In this document: positions 36,430 to 45,072 of the stretch, piece by piece
Position numbering within the stretch: position 1 is the stretch's first letter
How the letters are laid out: every line of letters begins with the position of its first letter
Assembly: GCF_009936135.1 (NCBI RefSeq)
Contig: NZ_CP047901.1
Location: 1 to 58,180, forward strand
From: Candidatus Chazhemtobacterium aquaticus
Lineage (GTDB): Bacteria; Patescibacteriota; Microgenomatia; UBA1400; Chazhemtobacteraceae
DNA length: 58,180 nucleotides
Reading direction: 5' to 3'
Program-made: the position numbers and the translations under genes
The notes under the pieces: generated by a model
Seen by the model: only the letters and a program-made list of their open reading frames with translations
What the model was told of the DNA's origin: nothing
Databases searched by the model: none

Positions 36430-36948
36430 ATGAAGAAAATCGTGATCGGTACCCTGATCGTCGTCGCGGTATTTGCCTGCGCCTGGCTGGTGCTCATCCC
36501 CATCATCGGCGGCTTGGACCTGAACTTCACCAATCCCAGTCTGGCCGGCGAACCAACCAACCCCGGCAACGGAAACCCCAGACAGACCGGCGGTCAAATG
36601 ACCTGGCTCAACGCCTGCACGTCAGAACCAGAAGAACAGGTGACCCAGTTGGTCGAAACCGGACAACCGGTTCCCAACGCCTGGATGTTTCTGGACAAGA
36701 ACGAGGCCGAGGTCGCCGCTGGAAACCTGTGGGCAATCGAAGTCCCCACCGGCGTCTACGGACAGGTTTTCATCCCCGCGACTGGGCTTACTCTTGAAGT
36801 ACGTGGCCCTGGCCGCATCCGCGTTGGCGCCGCCACCTTTTGGTGCAACGACACCGGCGATCAACCCCATCACGGGCAGATGCGCGTCCTCGACGCAAAA
36901 AACCTGCCCAAACCGGTCGGAGACTGGGTCAACATCAACTTGCCCTAG
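36430..36948 (+). CDS. Hypothetical N-terminally anchored protein (island gene 4)
   Basis: 172 aa. GGAGG lies at 36416-20. TM helix IGTLIVVAVFACAWLVLIPIIGG. A strong terminator follows. No family recognised. Confidence 0.6.
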   Translation: MKKIVIGTLIVVAVFACAWLVLIPIIGGLDLNFTNPSLAGEPTNPGNGNPRQTGGQMTWLNACTSEPEEQVTQLVETGQPVPNAWMFLDKNEAEVAAGNLWAIEVPTGVYGQVFIPATGLTLEVRGPGRIRVGAATFWCNDTGDQPHHGQMRVLDAKNLPKPVGDWVNINLP

Positions 36949-36985
36949 TCTATCCTCCCAGCCATGTCCACCAACATTGGCTACA

Positions 36986-37047
36986 AAGGCCATCTTTTCA
37001 GAACACGCAACCGCGTGCACCCCTGACGAAGATGGCCTTAACTTTTT
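36986..37047 (+). terminator. Rho-independent terminator marking the right edge of the high-GC island
   Basis: 11-bp stem AAGGCCATCTT (36986-96) with AAGATGGCCTT (37029-39), an inner CACGC/GCGTG hairpin, then AACTTTTT (T-run 37043-47). Confidence 0.6.
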
Positions 37048-37105
37048 AGCACTTAAATTGTTTTTAAGTTCTGGAAAGTTAATCAAAAAGACAATTAGTA
37101 AAAAT

Positions 37106-37873
37106 ATGACTAAAAAAATACCTCTTACCATCGTCATCCCCGTCTACAACGAGGCCTCTCGTCTGGAGCGGACCTTCACCAGTCTTAACCAGTGGCGAGT
37201 TCCTGTCGATCTTAAAATCAACCAAGTCATCTTTGTTAATGACGGCTCCACCGACGCTTCTCTAAAAATTCTTAAAAACACTCCCTTAAAGTTCTCCAAA
37301 AAGGTCATCTCCTACCGTCAAAACCAAGGTAAAGGTTACGCAGTCCGTCGTGGCATGCTTGCCTCCACCTCCTCTTACACCCTCCTTATGGATGCCGATA
37401 TTGCCACTCCCTTAAACGAGCTTAAAAAACTCCTTCCCTTCATGCATAACCAGACTGGCCTAATCATCGGTACCCGCAAAAATGGTCATTCCACTGTCAC
37501 CATTCATCAACCTTGGATTCGTGAGAACATGGGTAAAGTCTTTACCAAGCTAACTCAGCTCATCCTCGGTGTTAACGTCACCGACTTCACCTGTGGCTTC
37601 AAAGCCTTCTCTCGTGAAGCTGTTGATAAAATCTTTCCCCTTTCCCAAATCAATCGCTGGGGATATGACTCAGAAATCATCTTCTTAGGCAGCAAATTCA
37701 ATCTGTCTATTCAAGAGGTTCCTGTTAAATGGGCCGATCAAAAAGGTACCAAGGTCAATCTTGTTAAAGACTCCATTAACTCTCTTCTGGAGCTGCTCAC
37801 CATTAGATTAAACTCCATCTCTGGCGCCTACTCCACTAACCAAAACTTCTCTCCTCTAGGTATACTCAAATAA
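37106..37873 (+). CDS. Family 2 glycosyltransferase (polyprenyl-phosphate sugar transferase-like)
   Basis: The internal ATG at 37106 gives MTKKIPLTIVIPVYNEASRLE..VIFVNDGSTDAS..GKGYAVRRGM..LLMDADIATP, which are GT2/DPM1-like motifs. The ORF-track extension back to 36794 runs through the island terminator and is rejected. Confidence 0.85.
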   Translation: MTKKIPLTIVIPVYNEASRLERTFTSLNQWRVPVDLKINQVIFVNDGSTDASLKILKNTPLKFSKKVISYRQNQGKGYAVRRGMLASTSSYTLLMDADIATPLNELKKLLPFMHNQTGLIIGTRKNGHSTVTIHQPWIRENMGKVFTKLTQLILGVNVTDFTCGFKAFSREAVDKIFPLSQINRWGYDSEIIFLGSKFNLSIQEVPVKWADQKGTKVNLVKDSINSLLELLTIRLNSISGAYSTNQNFSPLGILK

Positions 37874-37875
37874 GT

Positions 37876-38697
37876 ATGACCAAACCACTAGTCAGCGTCG
37901 TTCTCCCTGTTTACAACGCCGCCCCCTATCTTCAAGCCTGTCTTGACAGTATCGCCAGCCAATCCTACCGCCCCCTTGAACTTATAGCCATCAACGACCA
38001 CTCTACCGACAACTCCCTGGATATCTTAAAAAAATTTGCCAAAGGTAAGTCCTGGGCCAAAATCCTAACCAACCCAAAAAACCTTGGCGTCTCACCCACC
38101 TTTAACAAAGGTGTGGCCAAAGCCAAATCCATCTACATAGCCCGCATGGATGCAGACGATCTCATGCACAAAGATCGGATTAAAAAACAACTAGACTTTC
38201 TCCTCACCCATCCTGACGTAGTTGCTGTCGGTACCCAATGCCAGCTCATCGACAAACACGGGCATCCTACCGGCCAAAAACTCTTTCCCACTTCTCACCA
38301 GCAGATCAAGGACATGTTATTTCGTACCGTTCCCATGCAACAACCTTCCATCATGATCAACCGCTCACTTCTTCCCAAAGATTTTGTCTTTGGTGACAGT
38401 CGTTTCTCCCCTGCCGAAGACTACGACCTCTTTTTCCGCCTTCTTCCTTACGGCAAGCTCGCCAATCTGCCCCAACTACTTCACTTCTATCGCGAACACG
38501 ACACCAATATCTCCTTAGTTAAACCCAAATTCACTTTCTGGAAGATTACTAGAGCTAAAATAAACGCCGTCCTTCACCATCGCTATATCCCCAGTTTCCG
38601 CTCCTTGACCGTTTTTCTCGCCCAATTAATCGCTATTACTCTCCTCCCCAGCTCTCTTATCTACCCCCTCCACTCAAAATTACGCGGCATGAAGTAA
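37876..38697 (+). CDS. Family 2 glycosyltransferase
   Basis: VSVVLPVYNAAPYLQACLDSIASQSY..LIAINDHSTDNS..YIARMDADD are GT-A/GT2 motifs. The start is 3 nt after the previous stop. Confidence 0.85.
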   Translation: MTKPLVSVVLPVYNAAPYLQACLDSIASQSYRPLELIAINDHSTDNSLDILKKFAKGKSWAKILTNPKNLGVSPTFNKGVAKAKSIYIARMDADDLMHKDRIKKQLDFLLTHPDVVAVGTQCQLIDKHGHPTGQKLFPTSHQQIKDMLFRTVPMQQPSIMINRSLLPKDFVFGDSRFSPAEDYDLFFRLLPYGKLANLPQLLHFYREHDTNISLVKPKFTFWKITRAKINAVLHHRYIPSFRSLTVFLAQLIAITLLPSSLIYPLHSKLRGMK

Positions 38698-38699
38698 CC

Positions 38700-41453
38700 A
38701 TGAAATTCAAACTCTCAGCCAAAACCAAACTCAACCTCAAATCCATTCTTCCTCCCTTCATCTATCTCCTTCTTACCTCCCTACTTATTTTCCTAAACTA
38801 CGAACCCAACACCTGGTTTACTGGTTGGGACAATCTTCACCCTGAATTCAATCCCGATATTAATCTAAAAAGAGCCCTTGATACCACTTGGCAGGAATAC
38901 CAATCTCTAGGACTAGTCGGCGGTATGGGCCATGCTGCCGATCTTTTACGCCAACTCTTCTTAATACCCTTCTACTCCTTCCTTCATCCCTCTCTCATCC
39001 GCTATCTCTTCGCCTTTATTACCCTCACCCTAGGACCCATCGGCACCTATCTTCTCACCCGTCACACCCTTACCAACTTTCCCCGTTTCTCCATCAACAC
39101 TAAGATCATCGCCTCCTTTTTTGCCGGACTTTTCTATCTCCTCAATCTAGGCACTCTCCAAACTTTCTACGCTCCTTTCGAGACCTTCATTGCCTTTTAT
39201 GCCTCCCTCCCCTGGCTTCTTTTAAGTGTCTTTGTTTACCTAGACTCACCTACCCGTCGCCACCTTCTTTTCCTCATTCTCGTCAATCTACTCTCCACGC
39301 CTTCCTTCTATATCCAAACCCTCTTCCTTGTTTATCTCTTCACCCTCCTACCCATAATCATTACTCATTTACTCAAAAAAGAAGCCCTACTTCAAAAAAT
39401 ATCCACTCTCTTTTTCTTAAGTCTAATCACTCTTATCACCCACGCCTTTTGGCTTTTCCCCGTTGCCCATTTTACTCTAAACAACGCCTCAGTTACCCTC
39501 ACCTCTGCCCAAAATCATCTCGGCACCCAGGATGTGGCCTTAAGAAATCAAGAATTTGGCGACCTCAAAAACGTCACTTTGCTTAAAGGTTTCTGGTTCG
39601 ATTTTGTCTCACTTAATCCTGCCACTGATAAGTTCGAAATCATGATGGGTCCCTGGACCGATCATCTAAATCAACCAGTCGTTCTAATCATCGGCTACTC
39701 ATTCTTTGTCCTTGTTCTCATCGGCCTCTTCTACTCACTCAAAAAACGCCTCCCTCACTCCATCCCTCTTGCCTTTACTCTATTCCTCTCCCTCTTCTTC
39801 CTTATCAACTCCAATCCTCCCACCGGTTTTCTTTTCGATTTTCTTACTGACCAGATCCCCTTGCTTGGCCAATCATTCCGCTCTGTTTACACCAAGTGGT
39901 CTACCCCTGCCGCCCTCTCCTACTCCCTCTTTTTTAGCATTGGTGTTATTTTCTTACTTGATCTTTTTTCTTTCCTCCACACCCACCTTACCACCTTTAT
40001 CACCTCCTTCACTCTCATCCTAACACTCCTTATCTTCTCCGGACCCATGTTCCAAGGCCACCTAATCTATCCTGCCATGAAACAATCCATTCCCGATGCC
40101 TATTTCCAGCTCTTTGATTTCTTCGACCATCAAGACAAAAATACTAGGATCGCCAACTTACCCCAGCACACTCTCTGGGGTTGGCAGTTTTATAACTGGG
40201 GCTATCAAGGCTCAGGCTTTCTCTGGTATGGGATTGAGCAGCCCATCCTAGATCGCGCCTTTGACACCTGGTCCTCTGCTTCAGAAAACTACTACCACCA
40301 AATCTCCCAAGCCATCTACTCTCAAAACCTCACTCAATTAGAGAATCTCATCGATCAATACCAGATCAACTGGTTTATTCTCGACCGCTCTCTTATCATT
40401 CCCGCCTCCACCTCTCAAAAAGCCCTCTTCATTCCCCAAATTGAAAAACTCTTAAACCAAAGCGACAAAATTGATCATATCTCCGATTTTGACTTTATCT
40501 CCGTCTACCAAACCAACCCTTCCACTCAACCACAAAACTTTTTCTCCACCAAGGCCTTTAATCCTCAACCCATCATCTTTGCCGATCCCGAGCTTGATAC
40601 CACCCAATTTAATCTTCTTGAAACCCCCTCAGTCAATCGCTCCACCACCAAAAACGAAGCCACTAACTGCGACCCCTACAACTCCACCTCCTACACCAAA
40701 ACCATTGCCCCCGACAAAATTACCTATACCTCCATTAACGCCAATCTCTGTGACCACTTCACCTATCCCCAACTTCCCCATGCCTACGGCTACAAAATCA
40801 CCATTGATCATCAAAATATCTCCGGCCAGCCGCTTCTTGTTTGTCTTGAATCATACGCTAGTGGCACCTGCCTGATTTACCAATATCTTGATACCGACTC
40901 CAACCACCCTTTTACTACTTCCACCCTTACCGTTCCTCCCATGAATCCCCAAGATTATGGTTACACCCTCCATCTCTACAACTACTCCATCGGTCGTCTC
41001 AAGACCGAAAACGCTTGGCGCCAAATCGAGATTCAACCTCTTAATCCCACCACCTTCGATCTCACTCCAAACTCCTCAACCCATCCATATACACAACTAA
41101 ATACCACTCAGAAGCGCGCCTACTCCCTCTACACCGCCTCTGCCTCCTCATCTCAAGCCAACTCCTTACTTGTCCTAAACCAAGCCTATGACGAGGGCTG
41201 GAAAGCCTATCAAGCCAACTTTTTCTCTCAAAAACTTCCCAACTGGCTACTTTACCTTAACTCGCTTCTACTTGTTCCCATCCCTGAAGACCAGCACATC
41301 ATCGCCAACGACTGGGCCAACGGCTGGCTACTTCCCCAAGACGACTCACACCTGATTATTGTCTACCGACCTCAACTCTTTCAATTTTTTGGCTTCTCAC
41401 TCCTTCTCTTTCTCCCCTTGCTCACATTCCTTCATCCCAACAAACAAGATTAA
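38700..41453 (+). CDS. Large polytopic membrane protein, GT-C-type glycosyltransferase-like (YfhO/AftD-like architecture)
   Basis: 917 aa. About 12 TM helices lie in the first ~470 aa, with an early periplasmic-loop acidic motif (WFTGWDNLHPEFNPD). A large soluble C-terminal domain and a terminal TM helix follow. It directly follows two GT2 genes. The family call is by architecture. Confidence 0.6.
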   Translation: MKFKLSAKTKLNLKSILPPFIYLLLTSLLIFLNYEPNTWFTGWDNLHPEFNPDINLKRALDTTWQEYQSLGLVGGMGHAADLLRQLFLIPFYSFLHPSLIRYLFAFITLTLGPIGTYLLTRHTLTNFPRFSINTKIIASFFAGLFYLLNLGTLQTFYAPFETFIAFYASLPWLLLSVFVYLDSPTRRHLLFLILVNLLSTPSFYIQTLFLVYLFTLLPIIITHLLKKEALLQKISTLFFLSLITLITHAFWLFPVAHFTLNNASVTLTSAQNHLGTQDVALRNQEFGDLKNVTLLKGFWFDFVSLNPATDKFEIMMGPWTDHLNQPVVLIIGYSFFVLVLIGLFYSLKKRLPHSIPLAFTLFLSLFFLINSNPPTGFLFDFLTDQIPLLGQSFRSVYTKWSTPAALSYSLFFSIGVIFLLDLFSFLHTHLTTFITSFTLILTLLIFSGPMFQGHLIYPAMKQSIPDAYFQLFDFFDHQDKNTRIANLPQHTLWGWQFYNWGYQGSGFLWYGIEQPILDRAFDTWSSASENYYHQISQAIYSQNLTQLENLIDQYQINWFILDRSLIIPASTSQKALFIPQIEKLLNQSDKIDHISDFDFISVYQTNPSTQPQNFFSTKAFNPQPIIFADPELDTTQFNLLETPSVNRSTTKNEATNCDPYNSTSYTKTIAPDKITYTSINANLCDHFTYPQLPHAYGYKITIDHQNISGQPLLVCLESYASGTCLIYQYLDTDSNHPFTTSTLTVPPMNPQDYGYTLHLYNYSIGRLKTENAWRQIEIQPLNPTTFDLTPNSSTHPYTQLNTTQKRAYSLYTASASSSQANSLLVLNQAYDEGWKAYQANFFSQKLPNWLLYLNSLLLVPIPEDQHIIANDWANGWLLPQDDSHLIIVYRPQLFQFFGFSLLLFLPLLTFLHPNKQD

Positions 41454-41833
41454 ACAACAGCTGCCTCCAGCCTCCTTATCCGCTTCTCATGCCTATCAAG
41501 CATCCTCCCCTGATGATCAGTAATCACCGTTAACTTCCTATCAATTCCATCAATCTTACTCTCTAACCCATCAACCCTATCGCCAACTTCCCTAATCGAC
41601 TCTGCATTAGCCATTATCAACTCCCTATTTTCCCGCACAACCTCTACAACAAGCTTCATTTCTCGCTCTACCGCCGGGCCAACCGCCTTGTTTACCGCTT
41701 TATCCACCGCTGGACCAACCGATCTATCTATTGCCTTGTTTACCGCTTTATCCACCGCTGGACCAACCGATCTACCTATTGCCTCTCCAACCATCCCCGC
41801 AATCCACCTCTTATCATCCATTGTCAACGCCAT
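41450..41833 (-). CDS. Hypothetical coiled-coil protein with internal 16-aa tandem repeat
   Basis: 127-aa ORF containing SVGPAVDKAVNKAIDR/SVGPAVDKAVNKAVGP repeats and a heptad-like C-terminal half. It overlaps the convergent GT-C gene by 4 nt. Confidence 0.55.
   Translation of the reverse strand: MALTMDDKRWIAGMVGEAIGRSVGPAVDKAVNKAIDRSVGPAVDKAVNKAVGPAVEREMKLVVEVVRENRELIMANAESIREVGDRVDGLESKIDGIDRKLTVITDHQGRMLDRHEKRIRRLEAAVV
41685..41780. repeat. 48-bp tandem direct repeat x2 (one mismatch), coding
   Basis: GCCTTGTTTACCGCTTTATCCACCGCTGGACCAACCGATCTA(T/C)CTATT occurs at 41685-41732 and 41733-41780. A degenerate partial copy lies just upstream. Confidence 0.85.
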
Positions 41834-42284
41834 ATACCCTAGTATATCAAAACAAAAAGCCTCAGAAGCGGGCTGGTGACATGCCTGCCCAACCTGTCAC
41901 CAAACCCCTTCTAAGGCCTTTACCTTCCTTGACAGCGTTTTTTTGGAGTGCTAACCTTCACACAGATTCGTGCCACCTGTCCTGGCACAATCTTAAAATG
42001 GAAAGGCATTACTATTCGAGTTAGGCTGCGGTAGTAATGCCTTTCTCGTCTCTACTTTCCAAATTCCAAACAAAATTTTGTTAATTTCAGCGTCTTTTAC
42101 TGATACACCGCAGTATAGCACTACAATCTCCAAATCGTCAACCTGTAGTAAATTATTACAGTAAAATCCCCATATCCTATATCAATATTTTTCTCTAAAA
42201 TAGCCACGAAAATGACCTCTTATCATCCTAATAAATCTCTTGTGGAAAACTCATTCCTACTCTATCTTGGTGTATAGTTAACTC

Positions 42285-43637
42285 ATGTCCAAACCTTCCT
42301 CCATCTTTCTCTGCTCTTCCTGTGGCAACGAGTTTCCCAAGTGGTCTGGACAGTGTCCTGCATGTAAAAACTGGAACACTCTCTCTGAGCTCAAACTCCC
42401 AAACTCCCCCTCTCCTTCCTCCTCCACTCCGCTTAAATCAACCACTCCTTCCTCCGCCCTTAAAACCACTGCCAAGTCCACTCTTCCAAGCCAAATCGGT
42501 GAACTTGACCGCGTCTTAGGACCTGGTCTAACTCAAGGTGGTGTCTATCTCCTCGCTGGCGAACCCGGCATCGGTAAATCCACTCTCCTAACTCAACTCA
42601 CCCTCGCCCTCACCTCTGCTACTCAAAACACCATCACCTACGTCTGCTCTGAAGAAAACGCCGCCCAAGTCGCCACCCGCATCAACCGACTTCAAAAAGC
42701 ATCTCATCACCCCAACCGCATCTCACTTCTAGAAACCAGTAATGTTGAAGCTATTCTAAAGCACCTAAACACTCATCCGTCTACCACCCTCATCGTCGAC
42801 TCCATTCAATCAGTAGCCAGCGACACTCTTTCTACCACCGCCGGCTCCATGTCTCAAATTAGATCTGCTAGTAATCTCCTTATTCACTTTGCCAAATCAA
42901 CTGGTACACCCACCATTCTAGTCGGCCACGTTACTAAATCAGGCCAACTAGCTGGACCCAAGCTACTCGAACACATGGTTGATGTTGTTCTCCAACTGGA
43001 GGGCGATCGTCACCATGACTTAAGACTTTTACGAGGCGTCAAAAACCGCTTCGGCCCCACCGATGAAACCGGCCTCTTTCAGATGACTAGCTCTGGACTA
43101 ATTGAGGTCAAGAACCCAGGCTCTCTTTTTCTCTCCGACCAATCAGCCACTGCTCCTGGATCAGCCAAAACCTTGGTCATGGAAGGTACCAGACCCCTAC
43201 TTGTCGAGATTCAAGCCCTTACCGTACCCACTGAGCTAGCCATCCCTCGACGCGTCGCCCAGGGTATTCCTGTTCCCAAACTCCAGCTCATCTGCGCTGT
43301 TCTCACCAAACACTTGAATCTAAAACTCAACTCCTACGATGTCTTCGTCAACGTCACCGGCGGGCTCCGCCTCACCGATCCTGCCGCCGACCTGAGTTTA
43401 GCTCTCGCCATTATCAGCAGCTACAAAAATTTAAGCCTCCCTATAAACTCTCTTGCCCTTGGTGAACTAGGCCTTCTTGGCGAAATCCGCCCCATTGCCT
43501 ACCTTGACAAACGCCTTAAAGAGGCCAAAAATTTAGGCTACCAACCTCTTGATCCCAAAATCAACAATCTAAAAAAACTAAGCGCCACTCTGTTCTCCTC
43601 ATCAACTAAGCCCCAAAAGCCTCAAGCATCTGCTTGA
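42285..43637 (+). CDS. radA: DNA repair protein RadA/Sms
   Basis: N-terminal zinc finger CSSCGNEFPKWSGQCPACKNWN, Walker A GEPGIGKST, the KNRFG motif, and a Lon-like C-terminal domain. Confidence 0.95.
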   Translation: MSKPSSIFLCSSCGNEFPKWSGQCPACKNWNTLSELKLPNSPSPSSSTPLKSTTPSSALKTTAKSTLPSQIGELDRVLGPGLTQGGVYLLAGEPGIGKSTLLTQLTLALTSATQNTITYVCSEENAAQVATRINRLQKASHHPNRISLLETSNVEAILKHLNTHPSTTLIVDSIQSVASDTLSTTAGSMSQIRSASNLLIHFAKSTGTPTILVGHVTKSGQLAGPKLLEHMVDVVLQLEGDRHHDLRLLRGVKNRFGPTDETGLFQMTSSGLIEVKNPGSLFLSDQSATAPGSAKTLVMEGTRPLLVEIQALTVPTELAIPRRVAQGIPVPKLQLICAVLTKHLNLKLNSYDVFVNVTGGLRLTDPAADLSLALAIISSYKNLSLPINSLALGELGLLGEIRPIAYLDKRLKEAKNLGYQPLDPKINNLKKLSATLFSSSTKPQKPQASA

Positions 43638-43772
43638 TCTCCTTCTCGATTCTCTTCCAGTCACCCTTCGCCTTCTTAATCTCTTCAAAAATCAACTCTG
43701 CATCTACTAACACCTGGTCATCCTTGATGATTAACTTTGTTTTGGCCATATTATTTTCACTAATTATTAGCT

Positions 43773-44972
43773 CTATTTGTATCCAACTGGTACCTCAGTC
43801 AACACCACTCCCAAACTCATCCTTCTATTCTCCTTATCCAACATCTCTACATACACATCTACTTCCTCGCCAACCTTAAACTCTCTTCCTGCAGGCATCT
43901 TACTTATATGAATCAAGCCATCAATCCCAGCCTCAAAATTCACAAATACTCCAAAAGGCGCTAGTCTTACCACCGTACCCTTGTGCTGAGTTCCTTCAGC
44001 ATAGTTTTTCTCAATTGATTGCCATGGATCATTAGCTAATCTCTTGACTGACAAGTTAAGCTTACTCGTATCTTCCTCAATTCCAATCACTTGAACCTTC
44101 ACCTTATCCCCTACTTTGTAGTATTTGTTTGGATCATCAACCTTCTCCCAACTAATCTCACTAATATGAATCAAGCCTTCCAGCTTACCCTGATCCTCAT
44201 CCTTATCATCACTAATCTCTACCTTAATAGTCACAAACACTCCAAACGGCATGATTCCACTCACTACACCTTCTAACACATCACCCTTCTTAATCTTCTT
44301 TAAGGCCTCACCCTTCTTAGCAATCTCACCTGCCTCAGACACAATCTTCTCGCTAAAAATCAACCTGTTTTGCTCTCTGTCTACCTCAATTACTTGAGCT
44401 TTAAATGTCTTATCAATCAACTTATCCATCTTGCCCAGGTATTCCTGGCTAAACTGCGACGCTGGCACAAACCCTCTCATCCCATCTACCAACACAATCA
44501 ATCCTCCCTTGTTCGTCTCAAGACCCTTAATCTCAATTGGTTTACCTGTCTCCAACCACTCACTGAACAACTCCCATCTCTTGTCATCAGCTGCCTGGCG
44601 CAAACTTAGCAAGATCTGACCTTGATCATTCTCTGGGTTTTTCACAAACACCTCAATCTCATCCCCGACACTTAAAGTCTGAATCAACGCTGCTGCTGCC
44701 TCTGCTTCTTTATCGATTACTAGCCCTTCAGTTTTTGCCCCAATATCAACCAACACCAATCTTTTCCTTACCTCAGTCACCATACCCTTAATCACATCAC
44801 CTCTCTTGGGTACATTTAACTGATACCCAGTTTTAGCCAACAACTCATCCATCGACTTAAATCCTTTCGACTTAGAAACAACCTTCTCTTTCTTGGTGAT
44901 TTTTTTAGAGTTCTTTTTTACCACCTCTTTCTTTCCTTTTTTTAAGGCAGAACTCTTTCGCTTAGTAGCCAA
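43773..44972 (-). CDS. rpsA: 30S ribosomal protein S1 (four S1 domains, Lys-rich N-terminal extension)
   Basis: TTG start. Four repeated S1/OB motifs (G.V..V....V.VDIG...EG; GVVSGIMPFGVFV; GTVVRLAPFGVFVNF..GIDGLIHIS). Confidence 0.9.
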   Translation of the reverse strand: MATKRKSSALKKGKKEVVKKNSKKITKKEKVVSKSKGFKSMDELLAKTGYQLNVPKRGDVIKGMVTEVRKRLVLVDIGAKTEGLVIDKEAEAAAALIQTLSVGDEIEVFVKNPENDQGQILLSLRQAADDKRWELFSEWLETGKPIEIKGLETNKGGLIVLVDGMRGFVPASQFSQEYLGKMDKLIDKTFKAQVIEVDREQNRLIFSEKIVSEAGEIAKKGEALKKIKKGDVLEGVVSGIMPFGVFVTIKVEISDDKDEDQGKLEGLIHISEISWEKVDDPNKYYKVGDKVKVQVIGIEEDTSKLNLSVKRLANDPWQSIEKNYAEGTQHKGTVVRLAPFGVFVNFEAGIDGLIHISKMPAGREFKVGEEVDVYVEMLDKENRRMSLGVVLTEVPVGYK

Positions 44973-45072
44973 CTCTAATTATTAACCTATCTTTAAGCAG
45001 ACAGGTCATGTAAATTACTTGATAACAATAGCCGTCATTTTATCACACCTCTAGGCTCAAGCACAATCACCG

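Noticed and set aside
36794-37105. ORF-track start of the GT2 gene at 36794 (359 aa).
   Set aside because: The extension overlaps the end of island gene 4 in another frame and reads through the island terminator hairpin (36986-37047). GT2 homology begins at the ATG at 37106 (MTKKIPLTIVIPVYNE).
35751-37137. Minus-strand and alternative-frame ORFs in the high-GC island: 35751-36077, 35849-36070, 35854-36315, 35870-36190, 36210-36569, 36399-36797, 36412-36597, 36622-37137.
   Set aside because: None has an RBS, TM helix or terminator context. The + strand set is supported by SD sequences, signal or TM segments and + strand terminators. The strand choice for 35851-36252 remains the least certain.
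41685-41780. The tandem 48-bp repeat as a CRISPR or minisatellite array.
   Set aside because: There are only two adjacent copies with no spacers. They are in-frame within an ORF, and no cas genes occur anywhere in the window.
43634-43879. 81-aa + strand ORF following radA.
   Set aside because: It runs antisense through the rpsA 3' end and has a low-complexity hydrophobic product. It is a shadow ORF created by the G-poor strand.
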